Of a stretch of DNA of 64,000 nucleotides, positions 14,116-28,599 are shown piece after piece (position 1 is the stretch's first letter; each line of letters opens with the position of its first letter). The notes below the pieces were generated by a model. That model had not been told where the DNA came from. It was given only the letters and a program-made list of their open reading frames with translations, and searched no databases. The DNA is taken from the NCBI GenBank assembly GCA_964016885.1, contig OZ024742.1, positions 280,922,001-280,986,000 on the forward strand, given 5' to 3'. The position numbers and the translations under genes were made by a program. Source of the stretch: Eledone cirrhosa (taxonomy: Eukaryota).

Positions 14116-14225
14116 TAATTAGAAAGTGAACAACACAAAATATAACTACTCCATAATTTACCAACACTGACTATGGATTTTATGTAATGGAGTAGTTATA
14201 TTTTGTGTTGTGTACTTTCTAATTA
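14116..14225. repeat. 39-bp inverted repeat with 32-bp loop
   Basis: TAATTAGAAAGTGAACAACAC...CTCCAT / ATGGAG...GTGTTGTGTACTTTCTAATTA. Confidence 0.9.
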
Positions 14226-14541
14226 AATAGCTCTGTTCTATACAGAGAGCTTTGTTTTTTCCTTTGCTTTTTCTTCGGAATTAACTAACATTTGTGTGTG
14301 TGTCTCTGTTGTGTGTGTGTGTGTGTCTATGTGTGTGTGTTTGCGTGTGTGTGTGTGTGCAAATATGTACATATTTGTCCTATAATGTTTATTTGAAAAC
14401 GTAAGATGTTATAAACTGTTTGCTTGAGTGTCAAACTCTATGTTTATATCGCCGAACGCTAAATCTTAAACATTGAGCTCATGTGTTTTCAAAATGAAAT
14501 ATTTACGAGGTAACAATTAAATTATATATTCTTCATTTTAA

Positions 14542-14638
14542 TAATTCTGAAGATTCCAATTGTTTTGATTCATTTAATTGATTAATTTGTGATTAATTAT
14601 TAATCAAATTAAAATATGGCAGAAACGATCGTAAATTA
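14542..14638 (+). ncRNA. Type I hammerhead ribozyme candidate with long AU-rich stem II
   Basis: TAATT-CTGAAGA-ttcca...tggca-GAAA-CGATCG-TA-AATTA; complete core, 5-bp stem I, palindromic stem III. Confidence 0.7.
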
Positions 14639-14673
14639 ATTAAAATGTAATATAATTAACTCTTTGGTCATTT

Positions 14674-14674
14674 A

Positions 14675-14755
<81 letters not shown>

Positions 14756-14757
14756 CA
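14674..14757. repeat. (ATT)n microsatellite at the 3' end of a Dong-like copy
   Basis: Directly visible. Confidence 0.95.
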
Positions 14758-14762
14758 TTGAT

Positions 14763-16752
14763 CTTTGAGTCTCAGTCATTGATGTTATTTAACTAGAAGG
14801 TTTGTTGAAATGAATATAAAGCCGCTACCTGCAGCCTCATATATTCAGGACGCATCGTAGGGTTCTTGCTGTTCCCAGCAAGCATGCCTTTTGAAGTGCT
14901 CCAAACAGCAGGGCTGTACTAATCTTCTTTAACCATCCTTGGAAACTCTTTGAGACAGTACCTAGTGCGCCTATGACACTCGGGACGACCTGGACTTCAT
15001 GGCAGTTCAAAATCCTTTTTAACTCCCAATTTAAGTCCTGGTATCGGTTAATTTTCTCCCTCTCCTTTTCTTGCACTCTCGTGTCAAATAGGCAGGCTAC
15101 ATCTACAATCAGGCACGATCTTTTTTCATTGTCCAAAACCACCAGGTCAGGCCTATTGTGTTCTAATTTCTTGTCCGTCTGTATACTAAAATCCCATAGC
15201 ACCTTCACCTGATCGTTTTCTATCACCGACTCTGGCTTATGCTCATACCACTTCTCAGAATGTGGTAAATTGTTTACTTTGCATAGGTGCCAGTGGATCA
15301 CCCTGCCTATCACATCATGTCTCCAGCCTTTATAGTGAGTATGAGCTAGGTGTTTATACACGGATACAATGTGAGCCACTGTCTCCTCTCGCTCACCACA
15401 GATCCTACACAGTGAGCTAGCCTCCTCCATGTCAATATGGTGTTTCACCCACTTCGTTCTGAGTGTTTGCTCTTGCGCAGCCATTAGCATTTATTCCTTC
15501 TGTAGCTTTTTTTAAGGTCTCCTCTTTTAACCAGTTCCATGTTTGTCGATCTCTAAATTCAGTTTTCTTAAAGAAGGTAATATGAAGGGATTTTTCATGA
15601 AGGTTACTCTTCCTCCTTGTTGTTATTTCCTCCTTGGACATCCCCTGGTCTATTGTCTTCTCCTTCAGTACAATTATGAGCATTGGCTCCCTACTTTCAG
15701 TCACATATTTGTGTTGGTTGTTTTTCTCCATCTGAACACAGTCCTCTATGCTGATAAGACCTCTTCCACCTTCAGATCTCCTTAAGTAGAGTCTATCGAC
15801 ATCACTCCTCTTGTGGAACATGTTGTAGATGGTCAATAGCTTCCTAGTCTTCCTATCCCTTTCTTTTTCCTCAGCAACATTCCATTTCAGAATTCCCGCA
15901 CTGTACCTAATCATAGACACAACTCGGGATTTTACTGCACTTATGGCATTCCTACTATTTAGATGTGATTTTAATACGCTCCTTACTCTCCTTATGTATC
16001 AATTCCTTCATTTTTTTGTTCTTGATCTCATCTGCATCTAGAACACCTAAATATGTGTATCCCTCTTTGGTGTCAATTTCCTTTATACACCTCACCTGTT
16101 GGTACCTGAATTCGGTTGCTTCTGCTCAATTTATCACTAGGACTCCATAGTTATTAATACCAAATTGCATATATATATCATTGCTGAAAATACGGACAGT
16201 GTCAACAAGTACTTCCAGCTCCTTCCTACTTTTCCCAAAGAGTTTAAGATCGTCCATGAAGAGGAGGTGGTTGATGGTAAGCTCTCCTAACTTGTATCCT
16301 GCTCTCACTATTCGCAATATAACTGTCAGAGCTATCAGGGCAAGGACAAACAGCAGAGGGTACAAACTATCTCCCTGGAAGAAACCACTCTTTCTCTTCA
16401 CGCCTCCCAATGATTCTCCACCCGATGTTAACTCTGTTGCCTAGAACTTCATACTTTTGCTCACAACTATCTGATGTTATCTGCCACCTTGAAGATCTCC
16501 AGGATTTTGGTTATCCAAGAATGAGGTATCATGTCGAATGCCTTTTTGTCATCTATCCATCCCATGGCAAGATAAGTGTGCGTCCTCTTTCAATTCCTCA
16601 TTACCATCTTATCAATAAGTAACTGGTCTTTTGTACCACGGGACTTCTTTCGGCCTCCTTTCTGTTCGTCCGGTAGCAAGTTGTTTATGTGGTAGATTTC
16701 CTCAGACATAATGCTTGGTAACAGTTTCCACATTATGGTCAGACATGTGATC
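14763..16752 (-). mobile_element. R4/Dong-like family A, decayed 5'-truncated copy (A0)
   Basis: Homologous to 41632-43650: [41 protein letters not shown]; frameshifts and deletions. Confidence 0.9.
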
Positions 16753-17156
16753 TTATTATCATAATAACTCTGTATTTTATTTGTATTTCGGCTCCCTAAC
16801 TAGGTGAGCTTATGAGTTGAGTGTAGAAAAGCTATTATTTCTAGCACAACCACTCATACCACATATAGCTTACAATCCACGAGGTGTATTTTACTCCTGT
16901 GAGTTCTTGTTACGTGTGTTTTGTTTCATTTGACTTATCTCTCGCTGAGGAGAGCCTACGGATTATCTGTTACAAACACAATTTTCAGGGCGAACAGAAT
17001 AAATCTCTAATCTGTCCGAGAGATGAAATAGTTATTGATACGGTCTGTATAAATTCTATATCTTACTGTATGATTCAGATTAAATATATAAAACATTTGC
17101 GGTATATCTACCCTCGTAATTTTAGAACAAGAATTCTCTGTGTTTATTTCTACATA

Positions 17157-17243
<87 letters not shown>

Positions 17244-17244
17244 T

Positions 17245-17728
17245 ACTAGCAGAAAAACCACCCTTCGAGTGGTTTTCTGCTAGCTTGTGTAGTGTGTATT
17301 ATAACGTAACGCAAATTCAGAGTCATGTTGGCAAGCGCTCCATAATTTAAAAACCACAGCTATAAACATATGTTATAAACGCCATATATATATATAACAG
17401 ACTGTTGTAGCTTGCTTGAAGCATTGTTTAATAAGAAACATAAATTTAAATTTTGAAGACCAATACCATGTGCGTGGGGAATGTTAAATTGCCAAGATAA
17501 AAGATCTTACCTTAAAAAAAATGTTTCCACTTAAATCTGGTCCCATACAAACAAGACTATCAGATCGATTTTTAAGTCTTTTATAGGGTCACTCTCTTGA
17601 TAATGAGATTTTAACCCCGAAAATATTAGGGATCGTTAAATTTGCTAAGGTAAGATACTTTTGCTATGTTGGCAATTTCACAATCTCCACGCTCATTGTA
17701 TTGGTCTTCAAAATTTAAATTTGTGTTT

Positions 17729-17812
<84 letters not shown>

Positions 17813-17882
17813 TGTGTGTGTGTGTGCGTGTGTGTGTGTGTGTGTGTGTATGTGTGTGTGTGTGTGCGTGCGTGTGTGCGTG

Positions 17883-17934
<52 letters not shown>

Positions 17935-18014
17935 TGTGAGTGTGTGTGTGAGTGTAAGTGAGAGTGTTAGTGGGGAGGATATATATGTGTGTTTTTATGT
18001 ATATATATATATAG
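17245..18014. mobile_element. Possible non-autonomous Helentron/DINE-like or foldback element
   Basis: Starts TACTAG with a 38-bp hairpin; internal ~80-bp inverted repeats (17436-17515 / 17646-17730); (TG)n tract; ends TATATAG. Confidence 0.35.
17735..17950. repeat. (TG)n microsatellite
   Basis: Directly visible. Confidence 0.95.
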
Positions 18015-20052
18015 ACATTAATGTGAAATACTTTTGTTTGCCGTGAGATATAAAGATATACGCAGCAAACTAAATCTATAGTGAAGTTCGCAAAGAATAT
18101 AAGTAACATCCAGGAAGACGTTAGAAAACTATAAATGTAGATAAGAAGACAGAGATATAGAATTCTTCTCTGAATGAAAATATGTATAGGAATATTTCCC
18201 TTGAAAATGGCAATACCTTTTTTACTTGTATTCATGTAGTTGTAATATATATTTTCACAAAATATATATGTAATATATACATGCACACTTAAACTGACAT
18301 CGTTAAAGTGCAGTCCCACCAGATGACTTTGTTTCTTCATAAATTTTAAAATGCACAAGAAATGATTATATCAATAACACGGAAGGAAATTGCCAGTTTC
18401 ATTGATGGAAAATATCGGAAGTTCCTCTGAGGTCTTAAAACGAAGAATTTCCAAACTTATATACAAACCAGAAAACCTACTTTCCGCAAACACTGTCACA
18501 CGCACACTCGCATTTGCACATACTTACATGCAAATACTTACACACTTATAGATGCGCATATACATTTATAATGATGTGTAGTAAATGACAGACGTACGAC
18601 CATATAATCTACACTCTCACTACACACGCAAATATATTCATTCATACATAAAAAATACATACATACGTACATCATACATACATAGAAACACATACATACA
18701 TACATGATGTTGGCTGCAACTCGATTTCGAGTAAGGCCACCGCTTGATACTTAAGCAAGAGCATCACGGACGTGGCTTTTTAGTCCTGCTATGGATGTAC
18801 CTATGGCCAGCAATACCATGCAACGCCTACATACATACAGACCATTCTTTATCTACCACCTGGGGACTCGGCTCAACTGCAGGTATTACGGATCCGAGTG
18901 GACCTTGAATAATGGCTACAGAAGGTGTGACTACACACTCACCGGAATTCTAGAACCAGAATTTTACCTTTCAAAATGGTCTATGCTCAACAGATTTCAA
19001 TTCACTTGAAGTTCACAATGATATTACTATATGAATTACTATATGTATTTCTTTATAAAATATCAATATTTTCATCCAGATCTCCATACAGACTTGTAAT
19101 AGTCTTTTACCATTTGGCATCTATAAATATTAATAACAAAACATTCTCGAGGCACGTATTTTAGTTCTCATAGTGACTGAATATAGCAAAATCTATGGAA
19201 AATTATGATGTTTTTCTGTCTAAAACAAAGCAGTGAATTGGCAAAATCAGCGAAGCTAAAAACAAAATATATAAAAACAACATATCTATGTTGTTACGTT
19301 GTCTACAGAGGTTGATAAAATAAAACATTATTCGTAGGAGAATGATAAACACCTCATCCTAACACGCTCTTCTTTTTTCTTGTTCTGTCACTCCGCACTC
19401 TCTAATTCTCATTTGTCAGTCTTCTACGTCTAAACTTTCCGAAGATGAACGCTGAACACAATCACTAAACACCATATTTTATGTAGATTACATTACATTT
19501 TAATATACTTATGCGGTATTTTATCCAACGCTTTATCATGTTAGCCAGGTCACCACCATAATGTACACTCCATCTTCGGTGGAGTGTGCGTGATTTGAAA
19601 ACGATTCAAATTCATAGATGATGTAAAATTGTATAAAATATGAACGCGAAACTGGAAACAGACCTCCACTAAACACATTCAATTATTTTTTCAATAAATC
19701 ATCAGCAACGTCAACCAAACTTTAACAAGCACTTCTATTAGAAATTCATGCTGTGTCATTTACGGGGAAATATTTCTGTTTTATACATCAGTCAACTATA
19801 TTTACCGACATTAGCAATTATGATATGATTCTCCCGCCCAGTCGCGTACGCATTAATATATTAACAACTCTGAAAATAATCGATCATATATAATAAAATA
19901 CTGGATTTAAAATCTACCACTAACAAATCTTGTGATATATTTTTACGTGAAATTCTAAATCTCATCTTGATTATCGATCATTCTGTAAATGTTAAATCGT
20001 TATAGTATTTTAGAAATTTTTTCTAAAAGTTATGTGGAATATGTGATTCTCA

Positions 20053-20053
<1 letters not shown>

Positions 20054-20121
<68 letters not shown>

Positions 20122-20131
20122 TAAATATATT

Positions 20132-20222
<91 letters not shown>

Positions 20223-20412
20223 ATGTTTATATACATAAGTTTATATGTATATGTATATTTATATATATATATATATATTCATATGTATATATATATATAT
20301 GTATTTATATATATATATATGTATGTTTATATACATATATATATATACATGTTTATATACATATATATATACATCTTTATATACATTTATATATATATAT
20401 ATATACACATAT
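20054..20412. repeat. Compound (TA)n microsatellite
   Basis: Directly visible. Confidence 0.95.
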
Positions 20413-20909
20413 AAAGTTTTTTATGAGACATCATGTGGATGAGACATTTATAGGTTAGTTAGAAATTACATTAAATGTAGAAAATTGTAAAAGGTTTACC
20501 CTAATAGTAATATATTGATACAATGAAACTAACAATGACACCCGGTGTGACAACTAAAACTTCAAATCTAAAATATCACCACAGCCAAAATGTAAATGTC
20601 AGTTGAATGTATTTCCGTATCTTCTTTCTCTGTAAATAATTTTCAAAGAATATAACTTGGAGTATATTTCTAAATAGAACGCTTTAGAAGAGTCGATGAT
20701 TATGGTGGAACAATATCATAAGATTACATAAGACAACAAGCCGTTCTTTGCTATAATCAAATAATAGATCAAGTTATTTATCTCACACACACACACAGAC
20801 ACACAAACGTACACACCCACAGACACACAAACGTAAACACACACACCCTCACACACAAACATACACACACATACACATGCACACACACATACACACGCAC
20901 ACACACACG

Positions 20910-20974
<65 letters not shown>

Positions 20975-22576
20975 CAATTCATATGTCCTTAACTATTAAT
21001 GGCCTATTAAGTGTGCCACCGGGAGGGTCAGCGTGTGTTGGTGATTCAAACCTAACACAGGGTTTATTATTTATATACATATGTATTTAACTATATGTAC
21101 ATAAATATATATATAGAGAAAAATATTAAGGCCAGTTACTACAACAGGACTACTCCAGGAACTTACGTTTCTTTGGACTTGAGGACCAACTTTTTAACCA
21201 ATGTCGGTGTAAAAACACCAGAGAAAGCTTACGTAAAGGAAGGAGATACGTAAGTGAAAAGACCGTTATATTTCGAACCCAACCTAGGGTGACAACTCCA
21301 GCAGTAAGAGCTGCTATGCAGAACACAAGGAAAAGGGGAAAAGCCAATAGGAATTAGGAAAAACCATATTCTAGGAATAAATATTATTAGAGTCAGTTGT
21401 TCTGGCAGCCAGTTATTTAGAAGGTGCTCCTAGGAGTAAAGACAACGTGAGTAGTATTCTAGGCGAGTATTTAACGGTCTATTGTTGGTGTTGGGATTAT
21501 TAAGTATCCACCATCTCTGTAGTTGCATGATCGCCAAACATTTAGCCCATTTACATATTGTCGAGATTATTCCATTAAACACATGAGTCTGTATTCGTGG
21601 TTTTGAGCTGCTATATTATATTCACCACCCTACTTGTGTTCTTTTTAGTTCTGTGTGTATCTGAAGATCGGTTCATGATTAAGGATAATATTTATAAAAC
21701 GACTTTCCGACATGCCAGGTATGTCTAACTTTCTTTTGAACCAAGAGATTTAAATTTCATATATTATTGCCGGGGTGATTCATTGGTGATATAGAGGGCA
21801 TGACTCTGGCTTTTTAAAAGAAAATCTTTGTGTCCCTTGTCATTCTCGTGTTAGTCAAAGAATCGAATATACATTGTAACATATAAAGGCTGCTGCGAGC
21901 ATTATACTGGATGAACAGGCACTTCACTCCGAAGACGAATCACGGTTTACCGGCAACAAATCAGAGACCGCACACCATAAACATCATTTTATGCCAACAT
22001 ATATAGACATGTGGAGGACGAATTCTGCCAAATTTGTCTTTCAATACTACTAGTGTAGGGACATTTTCACTCAGGGAAAATGTATTAATAAGGAATGAAT
22101 TTCCATAAGTAAATTAATGCCAAAACTCAATTTTTTAAACATATAAATTTGTTTTTTATTTTAAAAAATAGTCTTAATCGCGTCCCTTGTAATGATTCAT
22201 AATCTCCTCAATATAAGCGACAAAGATACAACCAGCTGCGTCCCTTGTGTTCATCTAAACATAAGTGGCCAACTACATGAAATAAATATAAATAAAAAAC
22301 ATTTTTCGGACTACAACGAAAATCTTTTTGAAAGGGCTGTAAACACAACTGAAACTGGTAATGGTAAACAAAAAATATAAATAATTATCAAATTAATTGG
22401 CATATTAATACAGAAACCTTCTAAATAACCAAAAGGTCAGTCATTACATGTTTCGAACCCTGTTATCCCTATATATTTATTCATACGTATACATATATAC
22501 GAGTATGTATATATACACACACACATATTCACACACACACACACACACACTCTTTCTCTCTCTCATACACACACGC

Positions 22577-22648
<72 letters not shown>

Positions 22649-22756
22649 GGGGGTGGGGGAGATAGAATGATAGAGAGAGAGACATATGCATACATATATA
22701 TATATACATATATATTAATAAAAAGGCTAATTCTTTCTAATATTTAGACGTCTCAA

Positions 22757-22982
22757 TGAATAGATAAAATATATTAATATAGAGGTGAAGAATCGCTCAG
22801 AGAAGAAATTTTACATATGAAACTTATGCGAAAATCTCTTTTTAGGGGAATACAAGGTAAGATGATTATACGAGTTAGACTAACTTATTTTGGTCTGTCT
22901 GACTTGTACTCACCTAAATTGAGATTTTTGCATAAGTTTAATATGTAAAATTGCTTCTCTGATTTATATTTTATCTATTTAT
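22757..22982. repeat. Imperfect foldback (~225 bp), with a partial copy at ~23295-23372
   Basis: TCAGAGAAGAAATTTTACATATGAAACTTATGCGAAAATCTC / GAGATTTTTGCATAAGTTTAATATGTAAAATTGCTTCTCTGA plus inner and outer arms. Confidence 0.75.
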
Positions 22983-23588
22983 ATAGAAAAATTTATTTTT
23001 AATTAGTATTAACTACTCCTTCATCTAGACGGATTTTGCTGCTATTTATAGCATCATTATAAGCCTGTCACATTGTCCTAATATATGTAGTGAGATGTTT
23101 TCATTTAGTAGTTCAACATAGCATCGTGTTGGCTAGCATGTGGTTTCGACAACGAAATATTCTGTATAATTTATGATCAATATCTGCTCTTGTTCGAAAG
23201 AATCCCACCCTGATGTTAAAAAACGTTCTTCCAATATTTGTTATTACAATTATTTGAACTGGCTGGTATTGTGTCATTCGTATTTGAAACCATGGTAGGT
23301 GGACGATTATAAGAGTTAGACTAAACTATTCTTGTACTCCTCTAAATTGAGATTATGGCATGAGCTTTATATATCTATCTTTTTTCAATACATGATAACC
23401 TGAAAAGAACTGGTTTTCTTTTCGATCCTACCATGTCTCACTCTCCTGTATCTTTCTATTTCTTTTCTAATCCCTCATTCTATTTTCTGATTAAAGCCTA
23501 GTATTTGAAAAGCTAAGACACTTTTTTCTACTATATCAAGCGTAACTGTACTGTGTCGTTTGCCTTGGTATTTCTGTTGACCTTTTGC

Positions 23589-23830
<242 letters not shown>

Positions 23831-24086
23831 AGTTAAAGAAAGAAGAATAACATGGTTGCCTGTACAATAAGGGCTTTATTCTTTGTACAGCCAACCATGT
23901 TACTCTTCTTTATTTAACTATTATTACTCCAAGTATAACCTGCATAGAAATTACCGCGAACTCGCTGCATCACTATGGAAGCGTCTTGTTGAGTCAAACT
24001 AAGCCGTACGTTAAAACCATCCACAACACGGAGTACTCTAACTGGACTACCTCTAAGTGGATCACCTATAACGATAACTTGTTATC

Positions 24087-24145
<59 letters not shown>

Positions 24146-25024
24146 CATGATTTTTCTTACGAATGTAACAGTTAAAGTAATAAAATAAAGATGCCTATAC
24201 ACTGCTAACGTATTGGCTACTATTTTAGTAGTCTTTTTAACAGTAGTCACCTCCTGATATACAGCGGGAATGTATTTAATATGTATTGATATATTTACAG
24301 TGTTGGATATTCAGTAATGACGTTATGATTATTTGATATAAACTTATCTTTTTAATTAGAAGCTTTCAGTTTGAAAAGAATGATGCCTGGAGTACACAGG
24401 AGAGTCTTTCACGCATTATTTTTACCGCCACATATGTACACCAGCACTATAGTTCTCGGCACTTAGGTGCATACCTCTAGCATATATAGAATAACCAAAA
24501 TGGTGACCACACAAGAAGCCGTTAATTATTGCTGCTACTCGTTTTACTACTGCTTTTAAACCACCAATAAGCGGCGATCGACCTCTCACCCTAATCAAAT
24601 AAATTCCTGCCATAGTCATCATAAAATATATTGTTTTCGGGTTTGCATTATCGAATATCGTATTAGTTTCTATATGACGGTTGGGATATATTTGAGGGAC
24701 ATTCGTCTGCTAGATTTAGTGAGCCAATTAACCACATAGATGCACGCATGTTTTCTAGCCTGCTGGGAGTATGTTGCTGAGAATATCAAACGAATTTTGT
24801 TTTTACCTTTTATTCAAATGGTTTTGAAAGAAATACACAGGAAATGTTTTATAGCTAACACAATAAAAAAATTGAATACCAAAATTTGATTTTATTAGAA
24901 ATATGCAACAATAGCAGAATCGTACTTCAACGAAAAGGTCACCATAACTATTCTACATAGGAAATAGCATAGCTGATTAGACACATATATCCATATGAAT
25001 GGTCTTCTTGTAAGTATTAGCTTA

Positions 25025-25095
25025 GCTGTAAACTTTAGTGGATAGGGCTCCATGTTGTGGCCGTCGTAACCCAGGTTCGAATCTTAATAACGGCC
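25025..25095 (+). pseudogene. tRNA-His(GTG) pseudogene, strongly decayed
   Basis: TAGTGGATAGG A-box, TTGTGGC anticodon loop, CCAGGTTCGAATC B-box, ACGGC end, T-run downstream; stems broken. Confidence 0.75.
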
Positions 25096-25401
25096 ACTTA
25101 GCTTTTTGACAATTTAATCTAATAAATACATATGTACTTTTATTTCATTTGATTCCAAATGTTAATTGATTATTTTAAATTGAAACATTTATTGAAAGAG
25201 AATATAATTGTGTGTATTATTAAAGCGGTGTCGAGAGTAGGTGATGGGAAATACATAAAATATCGATTACAATATTGATTCTTTCAATTAACCGGTTTGC
25301 AACTATATTTCTAACTATATTACCTCTGTATTTGACTCATCAAAGTAATGAAAATTTATGAAAGATTTTGTGAAAATAGCTACTTTTATCCTTAATGAGG
25401 A

Positions 25402-25540
25402 TTTCTACTATAGGCACAAGGCCTGCACATTTGGGGAAAGGAAAAGTCCATTAAATTGACCCCAGTGCATTATTGATGCTTTAATCTATGGACCCCGTAA
25501 TGAGGAATGGCAAAGCTAACCCCGGTGGGATTTGAACTCA
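25402..25540 (-). mobile_element. SINE 3' portion, older subfamily
   Basis: TTTCTACTATAGGCACAAGGCC...GACCCCGTAA...GGCAAAG...GGGATTTGAACTCA, similar to 6760-6896. Confidence 0.7.
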
Positions 25541-26483
25541 CTTTTCACCTTATTATTAACATACATATTTTGAACCACTGAAATCTAATGTTATCAAACA
25601 TGTGATAATCAGTTTTCAGTCCAAGATTTGAATTGAACATTTTGATAATGGTTGTTTCTTGTCAGGTGGAAGTTAAGTAGTAAAATACAAGCATAAGCTT
25701 AAATTCTGAAACTGAAAGAATAGGTGACAGGTTAAATCGACTGTTGTTTAATACTAGGATTACTTATATTTCAAACGATATTACACGAAGATTTCAACGT
25801 CTAAAGTTTAACTATTTCAGTGCTTATTGTCCGAAGAAAAAGACATTTTGTTTATTAGTTGAACATATGTTCAATTAGGAAATAGTGACACCTGCAGTTT
25901 TGACAAGTAGTGTAACCTTTACTCGATCAACGGAATAACCTGCTTGTGAAATTAACTGGCAAGTTGCTAAGCATTCCACAGAAACATGTATCATTGATGT
26001 AATTCTCAGCGAGGTGTAGCTTGGCAAAATGTGGGATAAGATTTGTTCTTTCGCTCGTTTACAAAAGTAATTATTCATATAATATATATATATAAGTGTG
26101 TGTGTGTGTGTGTATGTGTGTGTGTGTGTGTGTGTATGTACGGGTGTGTGTACGGGTGTCTGATACCAGCCACTTCGGAAGTGACAGTTACTACTAACAC
26201 CAAATTTCCTCACCTACTACCCTATGTTTTTGTCTGCATCTGATCATCTTTGTCACACATTAATCGACATAAATATCAAACACACTGTTCCTTGCCTTGT
26301 AATTTCACTTATCTTCTATTATGATTTCCTCTTGTAAAATACTTCAGGACAGTGTTTAACTATCATTTTATATACTGTAACATTGGATGGACCAGTATTA
26401 CGACAATTAGTGCTCGAAACTGTGTAAGTTCATTTGGAGTGCCGGTGACTACGGACGTTTTCAATGTGTTGCCTTGTGTGCTA

Positions 26484-26541
<58 letters not shown>

Positions 26542-26599
26542 TACACACACACACACACATACATACATACATACATACATACATACATACATACATACA

Positions 26600-26647
<48 letters not shown>
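26484..26647. repeat. (CA)n-(CATA)n-(TA)n compound microsatellite
   Basis: Directly visible. Confidence 0.95.
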
Positions 26648-27239
26648 CGTATATGTACGTTTCCAATGTAAATAGACAGACCGACGGATAGATAAATAGA
26701 TAAAATCAATTGAATCTTATGTGAAGCATATTACTAGAATAATGTTTTGGATATGTAGATTTACGTTAATAAACATATTTTCGATTTTAAAATTCTTTCA
26801 AAATTTGAAGCATAATGTGTGTCTGAATATTTTGAAAGCATCTTGGAAATAATTAAATTTGCAAGAAGCATTGTTAAAATTGGTGTTTCCTTTTTATTAG
26901 ATTATTATATTTAGACATAACTCTGACTTCTGAAAACGAAAAATATTTGCGGCCTATTAAATTTTGTATTATTCAATCTGAGATGTATTTATTTTCAGAA
27001 TCATATAAGGATTCTAGTTGAAGTAGATATGGATAAATTTTGAAATCAGAAGTGGGACTTTGGTTATCTAAAGCATTCCCCGCTTCCCCTTAGATTTAAA
27101 TATCCGTTGAATCTTGAACTCAATGAGAATGTTTTGAAAGAATACTAGTGGTAAGATGTAAAATACTTAACTAATTAAGTGGGCTGGTTACTTTTATAGT
27201 TATTAAAAGCTGACATAATTTTTTGTTCTTATATGCTTT

Positions 27240-27545
27240 TATTCTTGTATTAGTTTCGGAAATCAAACTGCGGTCATGTTAGGGCACCACGTTGAAGGGA
27301 TTTTACTTGAAGATATCAACCATAGTACGTATTTTTGCACGTCTGGACCGTATATACAGAATTATAAGTTTATATATCCGGCGAGTTTCTATAGTTTTTA
27401 TATATTAAATTTCACTCACAATGGATTAGTCAACTCGAGACCATGGTAGGTGACGTTTAACAAAGGTACCACGCAGTGGAACCGACATTGAATCTACGTG
27501 ATTGAGAAGCAAAGCTCTTAATCACCCAACCATGTGTGTGCCTAT
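27240..27545 (-). mobile_element. Decayed tRNA-headed SINE
   Basis: Minus strand begins TAGGCACAC...TGGTTGGGTGATTAAG...GGTTCCACTGCGTGGTACC; similar head at 31047-31130. Confidence 0.55.
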
Positions 27546-28599
27546 AATACTCATTCTGAAAGGAAAAGCTGCGTGTATTGGCAAATTAATTAGTTGTTTT
27601 TTTTCATTCTAGGTATACTAATTTTAGCAACATTGTTAGGGACTGGAGTTGAAGCAGAGATATGTATAGAGTTTCGACTTAGATGTTGGAGAAAAATCAA
27701 CGGTATCATTACATTAAGTCTGTTCCTTTCTAAAATATCTTCCACATCAGCCACTATTTTATTGGCCTTTTTAGAAATAATTGTCTGAATATATTGCCGC
27801 CAGCTCTATTTACAGACAAATGTTATTATTGTGTGAGCTTTCTTGCCGACCGACCAGTAATTTAGTACACAAAATTTATCCCTGAAAATAATCGATCGAA
27901 TTACATAATATGCTGCAACAAGAATATTTTTTATTCTCTTCTAATTCATTTTTCACCTGAAACTTCTCTATTTGGCAATTTGGTTATTGAGTGTTTTGAA
28001 AAAAGAGAAAATGAAATCTTTGGAATAATTTTAATATATATAGGAGAAAAATGAAATTGAACATTAGGAGATATTTTAGAGGTAATATGTCGAACATACG
28101 TCACATCGACGGCGATTATTCGATTTGCTTCATTAAAGGAACAACCTGCTCCCGAAATTAGCGTACACGTGGTTTCACAGATATGGGTGGACTTAATGTC
28201 ATTATCACGGAGATCCAACGGAACTCAATGTATGATAAGGCCGATCATTTGAATTAATGATGCAACTCAATTCTGCCAGCTATGTGGATTTGTGTGACGT
28301 AAAATATTGTCTTGCTCAATAACACAACACATCACCAAGTATTGAACTCACGACCGTGTGTGAGACAAAAACCCTTAACAGCTAAGTTGTATGCCTTCAT
28401 ATATTGAGATGATATATTCACTAATTTCATAAAGACAGTTGATTGCGAATATCGTCGGAACATCGAACAATATGCATTATTGTATTCAGTTGCGATTTTG
28501 TTTTGTTGTATTTTGAATTCAAATCTTATTGAGAGCAACTTCTCGTTTTATCCATTCACAATCTATATAATAAATACCTGTTAAATACTGAGATAGATT

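Noticed and set aside
21215-21275. Hairpin CTTACGTA...TACGTAAG followed by GAAA, hammerhead-like
   Set aside because: 5' core and stems I/III do not fit
23040-23290. Possible Tc1/mariner transposase trace on the minus strand
   Set aside because: No convincing catalytic motif or TIR could be read
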